From an uncultured Bacteroidota bacterium (lineage in GTDB: Bacteria > Bacteroidota > Ignavibacteria > Kryptoniales > JAKASW01), in the NCBI GenBank assembly GCA_963808245.1, contig CAWEES010000002.1:43032-107031 (forward strand): a DNA stretch of 64,000 nucleotides, in the 5' to 3' direction. The translations under genes and the position numbers were made by a program. Positions 63,414-64,000 of the stretch are shown one piece after another (the first letter of the stretch is position 1; every line of letters starts with the position of its first letter). Under the pieces are notes generated by a model, which saw nothing but the letters and a program-made list of their open reading frames with translations, ran no database searches and had not been told where the DNA came from.

Positions 63414-64000
63414 ATGCATATGAATACTGACGACTTCGCCTTTGACGACGAACAATTCGACGATTTTGAAAAACACAATATCGACGAGGAAATAAAACGC
63501 CTCCGCAGGGAAGAACCAACGTTTTCCAGCATTACAGCCCTAGAAGAAATAATAGACTATTTCATGAGCAAAGATAAATACGAAGATGCGCTGTTCTTTG
63601 CCAACAAGTTAATTGCAGTTATGCCGGCAAGTGCCGAGAATTTGACACGTCGGGGAGAGATAAACGAAGCGCTTGGCAAATTTGAAGACGCCCTGGAGGA
63701 TTACTCGAAGGCGCTTGAGTTTAACCCGATAGAGGTAGATGCTTTAATCGGTCGAGCAAGTTGTATGCAAATGCTTGACCTGTTCGAGGAAGCTTTGGAT
63801 AACATAGATCGTGCCCTCGATATCGATCCGGGTAGTTATGAGGCGCTGATGAATAAAGGGGTAATTCTTGAGAAGCTCGCCAGATATGAAGAGTCATCAA
63901 AAGTTTTCAGATATCTGACGGAACTTGATTCCAGCGACAAGGATGCGTGGTTTGAATTGGCTTATTGCTATGACTATCTGGAAGAGCCGGAAAAATCCAT
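63414..64000 (+). CDS. tetratricopeptide-repeat protein, N-terminal part (runs off the right edge; not in the ORF track)
   Basis: My manual translation from the ATG at 63414/63420 is M(H)MNTDDFAFDDEQFDDFEKHN...GEINEALGKFEDALEDYSKALEFNPIEVDALIGRASCMQMLDLFEEALDNIDRALDIDPGSYEALMNKG... It is open to position 64000, with TPR A..Y..AL...P periodicity. Confidence 0.7.
   Translation, partial: MHMNTDDFAFDDEQFDDFEKHNIDEEIKRLRREEPTFSSITALEEIIDYFMSKDKYEDALFFANKLIAVMPASAENLTRRGEINEALGKFEDALEDYSKALEFNPIEVDALIGRASCMQMLDLFEEALDNIDRALDIDPGSYEALMNKGVILEKLARYEESSKVFRYLTELDSSDKDAWFELAYCYDYLEEPEKS

Overview
64-kb chromosomal segment, probably from an FCB-superphylum bacterium (Ignavibacteriota/Bacteroidota-like). 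Support for that: several proteins end in type-A T9SS C-terminal sorting domains, and BamD and GH20/GH31/GH51 glycosidases are present. Genes nevertheless carry clear AGGAGG Shine-Dalgarno sites. Most of the window is housekeeping or metabolism: pyrD 3' end, folC, rho, thiolase-hbd-acyl-CoA dehydrogenase, holA, cyclophilin, uppP, gcvPB, LemA/TPM, DAHP synthase, htpX, gdh, bamD, copA-copZ, a ccmBCDEF System I operon and two tRNA-Ser genes. Five regions stand out. (1) 11.5-19.9 kb holds a run of Asp-box (BNR) beta-propeller genes: one is frameshifted, two share a near-identical T9SS tail, and a 1.3-kb single-gene insertion is flanked by a duplicated holA 3' end. (2) 21.6-22.8 kb holds an IS200/IS605-type Y1 transposase (RAYT-like) gene bracketed by a directly repeated double-hairpin module, with four diverged ~128-nt tandem units inside. 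(3) 54.1-55.9 kb holds two uncharacterised all-alpha genes (TM + DUF4145-like, DUF5677/AbiV-like) wedged between copZ and a quinone oxidoreductase; this is a candidate defence module. (4) 62.6-63.25 kb holds the tRNA-Ser locus, which contains a second, otherwise identical tRNA-Ser(CGA) copy with homologous 23-25-nt twin-hairpin insertions in both the D loop and the T loop and no 3' acceptor strand, next to a frameshifted GIY-YIG gene. (5) The ccm operon is a variant System I: CcmE has CxxxY instead of HxxxY, and no ccmA or ccmH is adjacent. I saw no CRISPR array, rRNA, integrase or prophage genes. All family assignments come from reading motifs by eye; no database search or folding program was run.
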